Shown piece by piece: positions 26,919 to 36,827 of a stretch of 64,000 bases of DNA. The DNA comes from Eubacterium sp. (GTDB lineage Bacteria > Bacillota > Clostridia > Lachnospirales > Lachnospiraceae): positions 5,240-69,239 of the forward strand of contig JAFVGA010000001.1 of assembly GCA_017475235.1 (NCBI GenBank). The letters run 5' to 3'. Numbering within the stretch: position 1 is the first letter of the stretch; every line of letters starts with the position of its first letter. Under the pieces are notes generated by a model. It saw nothing but the letters and a program-made list of their open reading frames with translations. It was not told the DNA's origin and did no database searches. Made by a program: the position numbers and the translations under genes.

Positions 26919-29483
26919 ATGTATCCGGGTACTAAAATACAATTAATTGATGAATCAAGAGTAACCCCGATCATCACCAACTCAACAGTTGATGCTGCTT
27001 CGAGACCGCTCTATGCTGTATTTTTTACTAGCCCTAGAGGACCTGAAAAGTTCACTGTACTTGAAGGCGAAGAATGGGCTAAGACTTACCTCTCGAACAA
27101 TAAGCCAAACTTCAATAAAGATGGACAGCCACTTCTCCAGGCTACTATGAACGCTTATTCTGGAGCTAAGCTTTTCTCAAAGAGAATTGTTGCGGATGAC
27201 GCAACAATTGCAAATGCTTCTCTGGCTATCATGGTTTCTACCAAGGCTGCTGAAGTAACTACTTATAAGTATTACGAAGTAGTAAAGGGAACAGAAATTG
27301 AGAATCCTACAGACGAAGAAAAGGCTGATGCTATCATTGAGCATAAGTATTATAAGAAGGGCGAAGAAGTTCAGAATCCAACTGAGGATCAGATTCCAAA
27401 CCTTATTGAAGATGGAGGTCACTACTATCAGAAGGTTGAAACAACTGCTGATGATGCTGACATGGTTCTTGATGAACCTCATTACTATAATAAGACAAAG
27501 GGTTCTGAAATCGTTAATCCAACAGAAGAACAGAAGGCTACAGCTATTGTAGAATCCGAAACAACAGAAGATCCTACAAATAAGGTTCTCAACATCAGAC
27601 CTATCTGTATTTCTGCTGCTAACCGTGCTTCATGGCAGGGTGATTATGCTACAGGTAAGGATAAGGAACTTTACTATCAGGCAGCTCAGGAAGATATTGT
27701 TGGTACACCAGACAATCGTGCTGCTGGTATTGTAAACGATCCTGACACATATGCTTATTCCGAAGCAGCAAAGCCAACATCTCTCTTCATCCAGAACCCT
27801 GATTCAACAGGAACAGGTTCAGCTTCTGTAGCTAAGTTCTTTACAGATGAAGATGCTACATTCGAAACAGGTAAGATCTATCCTATATATACAATATTTG
27901 ACTCAGGTCGTGGTCTCTCGGACAAGCTCATCACTTTTGTTCCGAACTACACAATCTCTAAGTCAAACAACAAGATGGTTTACTCTCTTAACGTTATCGA
28001 TGCTAACAACGGCGGTGCTACACTCGAAACACATACTGTTGCCATCGACCCATCACTCACAGACTCTAAGCTCAACTCACTTGATGCTCAGTCTGTTGTA
28101 TCAGGTAAGTCATATCTTATCGACGTTAAGGCAAACTATGAAGCTATCGATCAGCTTGTAGCAGATATCGCAGAACTCGGTTTCAGCGAAACACTCTTTG
28201 CTGAATATGATATGCTTGGTAAGAGAACTCTTGGCGGTAAGACACTCCCTACACTTTCAGTTACAAATGTAGATGGAGAAACAACTTATACAGTTACTAT
28301 TGCTACAAGAGACATCGCACCAATCGCTCCATCTTCAATGTATGAAGATACATCAGCAGACCCTACAGCGGATCCAAAGGTTGTTGGTAGCGCTAGTGCT
28401 TGGGATATTTCTGAAGCTCTTCCTACAGCAGTTTCACTTGCTTATGGTAACAGCGGTTCTATCCCTGATATGAAGCACGCTAAGCCATACGTTGCAGGTG
28501 CCGCTTATGACGCATTCTATGCTTCACTTAACGACACTCTCACAGGCAAGTTTGCAATGGATATCTACAACCTCGATCTCTATACATTCGACTGCATCTT
28601 CGATGCTAACTACGATAACAAGAACGCTAAGGATAACATCCAGAAGCTCTGTGCTTATCGTGGCGACTGCACATGCTTTATGGACATGGGCTTCGTTTGT
28701 AAGTCTCTCGAAGACGTAAGAAAGATCATCGAATGGGACGGTGTTCCTGCAAGTGGTGGCGGTTCTATCGCTCAGGATCCAAAGTACCATTACTTCAAGG
28801 ATCAGGCTGTTTGGGTAACAGATCTCTACTATGATATCAGAAACCCATTTGACGGTCGTCAGATCAAGGTAACAGCTCCATATTCACTTTCAAACAGAAT
28901 GGTTGACCATTTCATTGCAGGTAGAGAAAGAGCATTCGCTGGACAGACAATGGGTATTACTATCCCAGAAGCAATTCTTGGTACAGTTAACTACATTCCT
29001 AAGATCTATCCACTTGATACATTCACATCTGAAGATATCAATATGACATATCCATCAGACAGCGCTGTTATCATCAACGAAAAGCAGGAAATGTGTGACC
29101 TTAAGGTTAACTACGCTTCCTACTACAACGGCGTACTCACAATGGATACACTTTATACAACATACAAGAAGGACTCAGCACTTTCATATGTAAACAACAT
29201 CATGGGTGCTCAGCTTATCGTAAAGGAAATCAGAAAGGCTTGCCCAGAGATTACTCGTTACAAGTTCATCGATGGCAACAACCTCTCAAAGTTCCAGGAA
29301 GATATTCAGGACAGAGTAATCGACAAGTATGTTTCAATGTTCAAGCAGCTTGACTTCACATACGTTGAAGATCCTAATTACCTCGAGAATAAGATCTTCT
29401 ATGGTGCAATCCGTATTGCATTCAGAGACTTTACTCAGAGCGAATACTTCAAGGTAACCGTTATCAACGGAAGCCTTAATTAA
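26919..29483 (+). CDS. Contractile tail sheath protein
   Basis: MYPGT...SPRGPE N-terminus; FDANY...RGDC..FMD and RAFAG motifs; followed by tube gene; late promoter 26854-26865. Confidence 0.8.
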   Translation: MYPGTKIQLIDESRVTPIITNSTVDAASRPLYAVFFTSPRGPEKFTVLEGEEWAKTYLSNNKPNFNKDGQPLLQATMNAYSGAKLFSKRIVADDATIANASLAIMVSTKAAEVTTYKYYEVVKGTEIENPTDEEKADAIIEHKYYKKGEEVQNPTEDQIPNLIEDGGHYYQKVETTADDADMVLDEPHYYNKTKGSEIVNPTEEQKATAIVESETTEDPTNKVLNIRPICISAANRASWQGDYATGKDKELYYQAAQEDIVGTPDNRAAGIVNDPDTYAYSEAAKPTSLFIQNPDSTGTGSASVAKFFTDEDATFETGKIYPIYTIFDSGRGLSDKLITFVPNYTISKSNNKMVYSLNVIDANNGGATLETHTVAIDPSLTDSKLNSLDAQSVVSGKSYLIDVKANYEAIDQLVADIAELGFSETLFAEYDMLGKRTLGGKTLPTLSVTNVDGETTYTVTIATRDIAPIAPSSMYEDTSADPTADPKVVGSASAWDISEALPTAVSLAYGNSGSIPDMKHAKPYVAGAAYDAFYASLNDTLTGKFAMDIYNLDLYTFDCIFDANYDNKNAKDNIQKLCAYRGDCTCFMDMGFVCKSLEDVRKIIEWDGVPASGGGSIAQDPKYHYFKDQAVWVTDLYYDIRNPFDGRQIKVTAPYSLSNRMVDHFIAGRERAFAGQTMGITIPEAILGTVNYIPKIYPLDTFTSEDINMTYPSDSAVIINEKQEMCDLKVNYASYYNGVLTMDTLYTTYKKDSALSYVNNIMGAQLIVKEIRKACPEITRYKFIDGNNLSKFQEDIQDRVIDKYVSMFKQLDFTYVEDPNYLENKIFYGAIRIAFRDFTQSEYFKVTVINGSLN

Positions 29484-29503
29484 TGAGAAGGGAGGAATTT
29501 TAA

Positions 29504-30526
29504 ATGTTTGATAACCTTAAGTCTCCAAGACAGATTCTTCAGTACAACCTTTTTAAGGGCGTAACAGACTGGACAAACTTCAAGCAGTTTGACTACTATG
29601 AAAAGGGATATCCTTTCCTTCTCGTACTCAGATATCCAAAGTTCATCGAACTCAATCTTCAGTACGAATCACCGGCAACAGTAAAAGTTGTTCAGAACTA
29701 TCTCCATATTCTTGAACATGAATTCATCGGCCTTGAAGGTATTGAAAATATCACATCAGCTAACGGTGAATTTACAAATGGTATCAAGACTGTAAACTAC
29801 ATCAACAAGGTAGAACAGGCTGCAGGTACATTTACTATGGAATTCAGAGAACGTGCTGGTATGCCGATTACTAAGTTCAATAAGTACTTCCTTACTGGCG
29901 TTAAGGATTCTGAAACACAGGTTAAGCACTACCATGGTCTTATTGATAGACTCAGAGGACAATCAGTCGGTAATGGTGTTCAGGGACCAACTCTCAATTC
30001 ATCACTTACTGCTGAAACACAGCTTGAATTCGAACCAGGTGTTGATAAGGAAGTATTCACATTCCTTTACTTCGTAACAGACAATACAATGAGTAAGGTT
30101 GAGGCAGCTCACCTTATCTGTGGAGCTCAGCCAACACAGGCAGAACTCTCTATTGCTGACCAGAAGAAGGGTGAAATCGATAACGCTACACTTTCATGCC
30201 AGTTCCAAGGTATATGTCTCTCTAACGACTTTATCGATGATAAGGCTCAGGCTTGTCTCGATATCATGAGAGATCCTAACAACTCAACATCTAGCCGTGT
30301 TCTTGTTAACTCTACTAAATTCGCTTATAGAGAAGCTTCAAGAATTAAGGCAGAAGGTACAACATATACTTCTATGGGTGATAATGTAAACAGCGCTACA
30401 ATCAACAGCTACGGTCTCACAGGCGGTACTCTTGATAGCATGAAGGTTAACGGTACAGTTGAAGAACACTCAATTGGTACATCCAAGGCAGTTTCTAGCA
30501 ACGCTATCACACTTTCAAACGAATAA
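29504..30526 (+). CDS. Tail tube protein
   Basis: Position after sheath; beta-rich; highly expressed codon usage. Confidence 0.7.
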   Translation: MFDNLKSPRQILQYNLFKGVTDWTNFKQFDYYEKGYPFLLVLRYPKFIELNLQYESPATVKVVQNYLHILEHEFIGLEGIENITSANGEFTNGIKTVNYINKVEQAAGTFTMEFRERAGMPITKFNKYFLTGVKDSETQVKHYHGLIDRLRGQSVGNGVQGPTLNSSLTAETQLEFEPGVDKEVFTFLYFVTDNTMSKVEAAHLICGAQPTQAELSIADQKKGEIDNATLSCQFQGICLSNDFIDDKAQACLDIMRDPNNSTSSRVLVNSTKFAYREASRIKAEGTTYTSMGDNVNSATINSYGLTGGTLDSMKVNGTVEEHSIGTSKAVSSNAITLSNE

Positions 30527-30552
30527 TACCTATACCTCAGAATATATATATA

Positions 30553-30587
30553 TTCCCGGTGGATTTATTCCACCGGGGATTTTATTT
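30553..30587 (+). terminator. Intrinsic terminator
   Basis: ttcccggtgga/tccaccgggga followed by T-rich tail. Confidence 0.8.
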
Positions 30588-30623
30588 GTTAAACTGGTTT
30601 GTTATAATTAGAATTATTATTGT

Positions 30624-30672
30624 GATAGAGATTCATGAAGCACATGTCTCTATTGTCCACAAGGACGTGCTT
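30624..30672 (+). ncRNA. Pseudoknot 5'-leader motif, copy 3
   Basis: P1 atagagat/gtctctat, loop catgAAGCACa, P2 gtcc-acaa-ggac, 3' GTGCTT (6-bp pseudoknot). Confidence 0.7.
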
Positions 30673-30726
30673 AAGACAAAGCCTATGATGCTATAGGCGC
30701 AGCCGTTTAAGAAAGGCGGAATAACT

Positions 30727-30942
30727 ATGTATACAGCTCTTACCTATCACTACACAAAGGAAAACGCTCTTAGCAAACTCTATAATGAAAAGGTAGAGGC
30801 AGCTTTCAGAAGATATCTCAATAAAGAGGAATCGGAAAAGGATCTCGAAACAATCAACAACTATAGAGCTAAGAAGCTTACAGCTGCTCAGGCTACCGCA
30901 GTTGAAGACCTTATGGATCTTCGCTATGCAGTTGTAAGATAA
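30727..30942 (+). CDS. Small early-type hypothetical protein
   Basis: SD AAAGGCGG; own leader and terminator (30948-30980). Confidence 0.7.
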   Translation: MYTALTYHYTKENALSKLYNEKVEAAFRRYLNKEESEKDLETINNYRAKKLTAAQATAVEDLMDLRYAVVR

Positions 30943-30981
30943 TAAAGATGAGGCGATCGCAAGACCGCCTCATTTTTTTTA

Positions 30982-33300
30982 TTAATAACCTTCGTCCTCT
31001 CCTCCATCAGACTGTTTCTCCTGATTGTATTCCTGTTTAGCAATTCTAAACTGACGTTCAATTTCAGGGATGTCGAGGTAAGAGCTCATATACATAAGGT
31101 TGAGATATTTGGATACTTTAGCCTTAACTTCATCCGGCTCATTAGTACCATAGAGTTCTATTATCTTCTGTACCATATCAGCAGAGTTCATCATGATCTG
31201 ATTGATATTAGTGATATTTAAGAACATCGGAGGTGGAAGCTTAACCTTAATGCTATCCATCTCACCATACTGATTATAATAGAGCTTAGAGAATATCAGA
31301 GTTAAGAACTTCTGATACTGCTCCTGACGCTTATAAATAATCATAAGGAATTTGTTATTAGTCATCTGTAACTGTGTAGCAAATTCAACAGACGATCTCT
31401 GGGCAAGATAATCTAATGGAACTTCTGTACACTCTACAGAGTTCTCTAATAAGACTTCCATAAGCTCCGTCTGTAAATCTACTTTCTGACCCTGTAATAC
31501 TTCCATTCTAATTGGTTCTTCACCAGTTTGAGATGTAGGAATTACATAGTCATTGAACTGTCCTGTGATAGAAAGGATATGCTGGATGTTTTCAATCTGA
31601 CGCATACCCATATTACCCTTCTTAATCTGTTCAATCGTATTAAGAAGAATCTGAGATATATTAGTATCAACAGTCTGCTTTACATAGTATACTCTTTTAT
31701 CTTGCGCTCTTGTAAGATTCCATATAGCATTAGTGATATATAATGCGGAATATAGAGTAGCAGGCACGATAGCATTCTCTAAGTCTGAAAGACCTCTATG
31801 TGTATAAGGGTCAGTCTTAAACTTGATATGAACTACATCGTTTGGCGGTAAGTAAGTGATTCTTACTCTTGGATTCTTAGAGTTTAAGAATTTATCATTA
31901 TGCATAAGAATAGCATAAATATCCTGAGAGATATCCTGATTGTTATTTACAAACTCACCATCAATCATACTAGAAAGTCTTCTTGCTACAAAGTCGACAA
32001 TCTTATCAGATACAACATGCTTCTTACTACCACTACCAATGATATAAGAATTAGTAGTATTCATAAGAGCGTTAGGATCTGAGAATGACTGAATGTTTCT
32101 GATATTGTTTGGAGCAACGTCATCACATTCAATATAAATATAACCAAGACAAGTGTTGTTAATATAGAGTGGCTTTATATTTTTTCTATCAAGCTCTCGT
32201 ATAATCGACCCTGGTACGGTTATTTCAGGAATCTTCTTTTCCTTAGAATCATTTTTCGTGATTAATCCGTCCTTGGAGTACTCGAAGTTGTCAAATGACA
32301 AATCATCAGCAATTGTATGGTCGAAAGTATGATGCATCTTTCGAGAGGGACTTCGTACTAATTGATCTTCGATGTCCTCTGTAACGACAATAGTATCTTC
32401 ATTAACGATACACATTTCATTAACGGTTCTCATAGAATGATTAATTCTAACCTGTTCTTCTACAGCAGAAATAAGAATAGCAGACCTATTGAATTCGATA
32501 TCCATATCAAAATCAATATTCTTCATTTCCTGAACAACAGAATCGCCAAGCGAGAATGTTTCATTATCAAAAGACATTGCTTCTGATACTATACCTTTAT
32601 ATGATATTGTAGCAGAAGTAAGTAATTCTGATTTTGATTTAGTCTTGAGTAATCTCGCTACGCCCTTATTATATGGGATACAGTATATGAATCTTTCACC
32701 ATATCTTGCAGCTGTATCATACCACTCATCAGCTTTAGTATTAAAGTCGTACATCTCTTTAAGCTCTTTACATCTATTAGAGAATACGTCAGCCTTTTCA
32801 GCATTTGATTCTGAAATAATATTAAGAAATTCTTTGTCGAAATGGTCGGCAGATAATACACAGTCTTTCTTAGCCGATAATGCCTGATCAAGTTTAGTCA
32901 TATAGTGACATATAGTATCAATTCTTCTATCATGATCTATAATGTCTACATTATTAAGCAGGGAGTTTAAATCTCCATCGATAATACTCTTATCATCCAG
33001 AAGATGATTCATTTCATCTCTGAATTTCTTTGATTCTTCTGGATCAGCAGAAGCCATAGCTCTAGCCATAATAGAACTAGTATAACTTATACCGCCAGTT
33101 TCATTCTTATTGAAGGCAATAAGCTTATCAATAGTATTATCCATATCCTTCATGGATGCTTCTAAGTCATGCATATCTGCAGCATTAGTGAATCTAGTCT
33201 GCTGATATAATTTATCCGAAACACTTTGAGTCAGACCCATGAGTTTAAGAATGACATTATTGCGCTTTTTGTCTTCTTTTTTCTCTTTATCTTTAGCCAT
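30982..33300 (-). CDS. Portal protein
   Basis: T4 gp20-like motifs YGE.F.Y, RAQDKRVYYV, NDYVIP and VPLDYL; late promoter 33324-33335. Confidence 0.8.
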   Translation of the reverse strand: MAKDKEKKEDKKRNNVILKLMGLTQSVSDKLYQQTRFTNAADMHDLEASMKDMDNTIDKLIAFNKNETGGISYTSSIMARAMASADPEESKKFRDEMNHLLDDKSIIDGDLNSLLNNVDIIDHDRRIDTICHYMTKLDQALSAKKDCVLSADHFDKEFLNIISESNAEKADVFSNRCKELKEMYDFNTKADEWYDTAARYGERFIYCIPYNKGVARLLKTKSKSELLTSATISYKGIVSEAMSFDNETFSLGDSVVQEMKNIDFDMDIEFNRSAILISAVEEQVRINHSMRTVNEMCIVNEDTIVVTEDIEDQLVRSPSRKMHHTFDHTIADDLSFDNFEYSKDGLITKNDSKEKKIPEITVPGSIIRELDRKNIKPLYINNTCLGYIYIECDDVAPNNIRNIQSFSDPNALMNTTNSYIIGSGSKKHVVSDKIVDFVARRLSSMIDGEFVNNNQDISQDIYAILMHNDKFLNSKNPRVRITYLPPNDVVHIKFKTDPYTHRGLSDLENAIVPATLYSALYITNAIWNLTRAQDKRVYYVKQTVDTNISQILLNTIEQIKKGNMGMRQIENIQHILSITGQFNDYVIPTSQTGEEPIRMEVLQGQKVDLQTELMEVLLENSVECTEVPLDYLAQRSSVEFATQLQMTNNKFLMIIYKRQEQYQKFLTLIFSKLYYNQYGEMDSIKVKLPPPMFLNITNINQIMMNSADMVQKIIELYGTNEPDEVKAKVSKYLNLMYMSSYLDIPEIERQFRIAKQEYNQEKQSDGGEDEGY

Positions 33301-33375
33301 TGGGCAAACCTCCTTCTTTAGATTACTCAAATGTTTCGGACATAAGAAATCAGGGTACTTTCGTACCCCGAATAC

Positions 33376-34011
33376 TTATGGTAATAATAAGTTTCTTGTA
33401 TACACATCTAATACCGATGTCGACTTGATTACTTTAAAATCAGTAAACGATGATACGTTATCCGCATCTATAAACCATAACTCAATTCTATCGGATTTAA
33501 GATATGGTATCAATCCTTTATATAATGTGAATCTATATTTAGGATTACGTACTGGAGTCAATATCTTCCCATAGCCTGTTCCATGAGCAAATATATCGTC
33601 CTCCAATAACGCACAATAATTTGCATCATGAATAAGATCATTTGACTCACATACTTTATTGCTGTTATTCATATTTGCTATGAAGCTTTGTATGGTTTCA
33701 CCATAATCTAATAAGAATTGTCTTACTTTATGATAATAAGTATAACCGTTTTCTTCGACATTAACCACATTCTGTACATAAGGTTGTAACGTTTCCATTT
33801 CATTTTTCTTTATAGCTTCGGCTATATGAACTGTATAGTTTAAACTATTAAGAACATTTCGATCGGGATTATTATATCTTATACTTTTTATACACGACTT
33901 CTCTTCGTTGATGGAGTATACTACCCCATCATAAACGAAGATTACATCTGTAAGTTTACTCTTAAATGCCTTTATAGCGTTTTTAAGAAACGCTAAAGCC
34001 TCAAATGTCAT
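33376..34011 (-). CDS. Hypothetical protein translationally coupled to the DNA polymerase N-subunit
   Basis: ATGA overlap at 34008-34011. Confidence 0.7.
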   Translation of the reverse strand: MTFEALAFLKNAIKAFKSKLTDVIFVYDGVVYSINEEKSCIKSIRYNNPDRNVLNSLNYTVHIAEAIKKNEMETLQPYVQNVVNVEENGYTYYHKVRQFLLDYGETIQSFIANMNNSNKVCESNDLIHDANYCALLEDDIFAHGTGYGKILTPVRNPKYRFTLYKGLIPYLKSDRIELWFIDADNVSSFTDFKVIKSTSVLDVYTRNLLLP

Positions 34012-34520
34012 AAAACTTCAACTCCAATTTCTGACTTCTTTATTACTACATCTGGTCTATTCTGGAATATACTCTTAGACTGTTCATCGAATACCTTGCT
34101 CATATCACCATTAAATTTCTTATACGGTCTAATAGTATGCTTCTCTTTATACTGTAATGCTGTTCTTGTTGGAAGTGTAATCTCATTCTTCTTCTTTCGT
34201 GATGGAAAAGCATAAATGCAATTATCTCTACTCTTATCAAAGTAATCTGTTCTTGTATTTCCATATATACAACTATGAGTACTATAGAATTCTTTGACAT
34301 GATGATACAATGTTTTATAATCCGGAAGATTAAACCATCTATGGCCAAAGTCGATATAGTTCTTACAATGATAATTCTGAGCAAACGCATTACTTCTATT
34401 ATAAGCTTCAACCTTAAACCTATCTTCATACTTCTGAGGTTCAAGAAGATGTATCTGAGCTATCATACCATTCTTACACATATTCCATTCTCTATATAGA
34501 GACGGGTAAAGCGCTGTATA
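34008..34520 (-). CDS. B-family DNA polymerase N-terminal subunit, exon 2
   Basis: Starts YTALYPS and completes motif A (DYDYTALYPS) after splicing. Confidence 0.85.
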   Translation of the reverse strand, partial: YTALYPSLYREWNMCKNGMIAQIHLLEPQKYEDRFKVEAYNRSNAFAQNYHCKNYIDFGHRWFNLPDYKTLYHHVKEFYSTHSCIYGNTRTDYFDKSRDNCIYAFPSRKKKNEITLPTRTALQYKEKHTIRPYKKFNGDMSKVFDEQSKSIFQNRPDVVIKKSEIGVEVL

Positions 34521-35075
34521 CGGTGCCTTCACGTAGGTCGTTAATCTACGCAGTTCTCTTATGAACTTCTCTACATCACTGTAGAAGCCGAGACTATATC
34601 TTCATCCAGTATAATTTATACGGTCATTATACTGGATGCTCTCCATTTCGAACTCACTTGAGCCCTACTCCCTTGCGGGATAGTCGTTGAACGTTTTAAT
34701 AATTATAATTCTTAGTAATATGCGAAAAATACTTTCTTTTATAGATTTTTCTAACTGTATCCACATAGCGATCATCTCCTTTCAAACCAATCGATATTAG
34801 AGTTCTTCTGCAATAATCATTAACTGTTTCTGATTCTAATTTAGGATTTCGTTGAAATTCTTCGCATATCATTATAATTATTAACTTCGATGCTGATTTG
34901 CTATTGTCACTCACCTTTAGGCTCTCGCCTTGGGGAAATCCTGCCCTTTTTTCTGTCTTTCGACAACCGTCACGCTTACCATTACTGGTTACGTTGTGGT
35001 GTACAGGATATTAAGCAGTTCCAGCAATTAAAAGAGTTTTCCTAATATATTACTACATTAGGCGACAATAAGTTT
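34521..35075 (-). mobile_element. Group I intron (IA-like, 555 nt) in polymerase motif A
   Basis: P1 cgat/gtcg with U.G at the 5' splice site; terminal G; core aattgctgg, aatcagca, gttcaacgacta, aagatatagtc; removal restores the frame. Confidence 0.88.
34696..34872 (-). pseudogene. C-terminal remnant of an intron homing endonuclease
   Basis: Same intron position and similar C-terminus (IC...IGL...YNY*) as the HNH ORF at 56285-57088; no HNH motif and no SD. Confidence 0.6.
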
Positions 35076-36596
35076 ATCGTAGTCACATAAATTTTTAAAC
35101 AATCTGAGAGGCTTTCTATTAATGAATTCTCTTGCGTAGTTATTGATTCTTGTAAGATCCGCAACAAATCCACCAGAGAATTTCTTCTTAGTTTCGAATA
35201 TATTGGAATTATTTCCTACTATATAACATCCATCCCAATATGCTTGAGTTCTTTTATTTGAAAGATATATAGATTGTCTATGAGTTTTACTATAACGAGT
35301 ATTAAACATAATCGCATTAGTAAACAAGTATTCTATATCCTGAACTCTCTGTTCAATACACTTCTGTACTATGGTATCCACTATATTATACAGTATAAAC
35401 ATCTTGAAGTTTGCTGTTGGGAAATACCTGATGTCTTTACATATATGAGAATAATCCAACTTCTTAACACCTGTAATCAATTCACCGATGTAATCTATCT
35501 TAAAATTCTCTATAGCAGACTGACCTTTTCTTCTTGAAGCAAACTGAATCATCTGACAAACCCAAGTTGAGAAACCAGATATATCAGAATAATCTCCTCG
35601 TTCTTCATAATCTGTATGCTTTGTATCTATGAAGTAATCACATTTAGGATTAATAAATTCTTTCGGACAAATTATGTCTTCTGGTTTTAATCCATTCTTA
35701 CGAATTCTTTCTATAAGAGTCGGAGTATCGAATGCCATATTCCATGCTAATACGAAATCTGGTTTAAGTGTATTCACAACTCTAAAGAAATCTTCTATAC
35801 ATTCCATTTCAGAATCATAGAATCTAAACTCTATACCAAAGTTCAACAGATCAAAGAACTTTAACCTTGCTTCATATATATCTGGATCTTTACCACCAAC
35901 GTGATGCTGAATGAAGTCTATGAATTCTTTCTCGACTTTCTTCTTATCTTGATTGACTTCTTTCTCAAATGCAATCATACTCGGATTATTATAGTCTCTT
36001 ACAACGAAACTTATAACCTTATCTCCAAATATACAAGATATCGCATTAACCGGACACTCACCTAATTCAGGGAAGTCACCTCTCATATTGATTGTATCAC
36101 ACTCAATATCGAAGAACATCTTTGAGATTGGTACAACCGGATTATCATATCTCTTATTAAATCTATACCTATAATGGTCTGAGATATTCATATCAGCATT
36201 GAAAATCTTTGGATGTAATAACAACTGTTTATTAGCTCCATAGTTTCCATTCTTGATATTCTCATAGAAGAACTCCATATTATTGGTTTCTTGAGCTATA
36301 CTTCTCAATACTTGTGTAGATGGACATCTCACCGGATGTACATCCGACATATTAATAAAGTCTTTCGGATAACTCGTCATCGGTATATTATCGTTGAGAA
36401 CAAAGTACTCATAATCAGGATTCATAATTGTGTGGACTTTCTTCTCACCGGTATCGTTATTTTTATAAACCAAATCTATCTGAGCTTCAGAAAATTCTCC
36501 TTTATAATTCTTCTCTGGCTTATGATAAATGGTGTTCATTATCGTTACATTATTAGTATGTAAATCAGGGATGAGCTCATCACTAAATTTCTCCAT
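35076..36596 (-). CDS. B-family DNA polymerase N-terminal subunit (3'-5' exonuclease), exon 1
   Basis: ExoI FFDIEC, ExoII AWNMAFD, ExoIII YNIVDT, FSGGFV; spliced product 677 aa; promoter AACT-N6-TA at 36643-36654. Confidence 0.88.
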
Positions 36597-36667
36597 ATAT
36601 TCATTTACCTCCTAACGTGCCCTGATTAGGGCGCTTTATTATTATAGAAAAGTTAAACCTAGCGTAA

Positions 36668-36771
36668 AACGAAACACTCCCCATGGAGATTAACTCCATG
36701 GGGACCCTTTGTTCGTAGGAGGTGTTTCCAAATGATAGCAGACCCACATTGTCAAAATGTACATCAGCTTT
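36668..36771 (-). ncRNA. Candidate late small RNA B (anti-SD/anti-AUG)
   Basis: AACA-N6-TA at 36771-36782; carries AUCAUUUGGAAACACCUCCUA; 11-bp hairpin 36678-36704. Confidence 0.55.
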
Positions 36772-36827
36772 ACAAATATGTTGGCGAAAAACATTCCTAT
36801 AAAAACTTTGTTTAAGGGGGATTCCAA

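Noticed and set aside
34008-34532. Stand-alone 174-aa ORF starting at GTG 34532 (and 57385-59043 as a stand-alone gene)
   Set aside because: Both are second exons; removing the introns restores polymerase motifs A and B in frame
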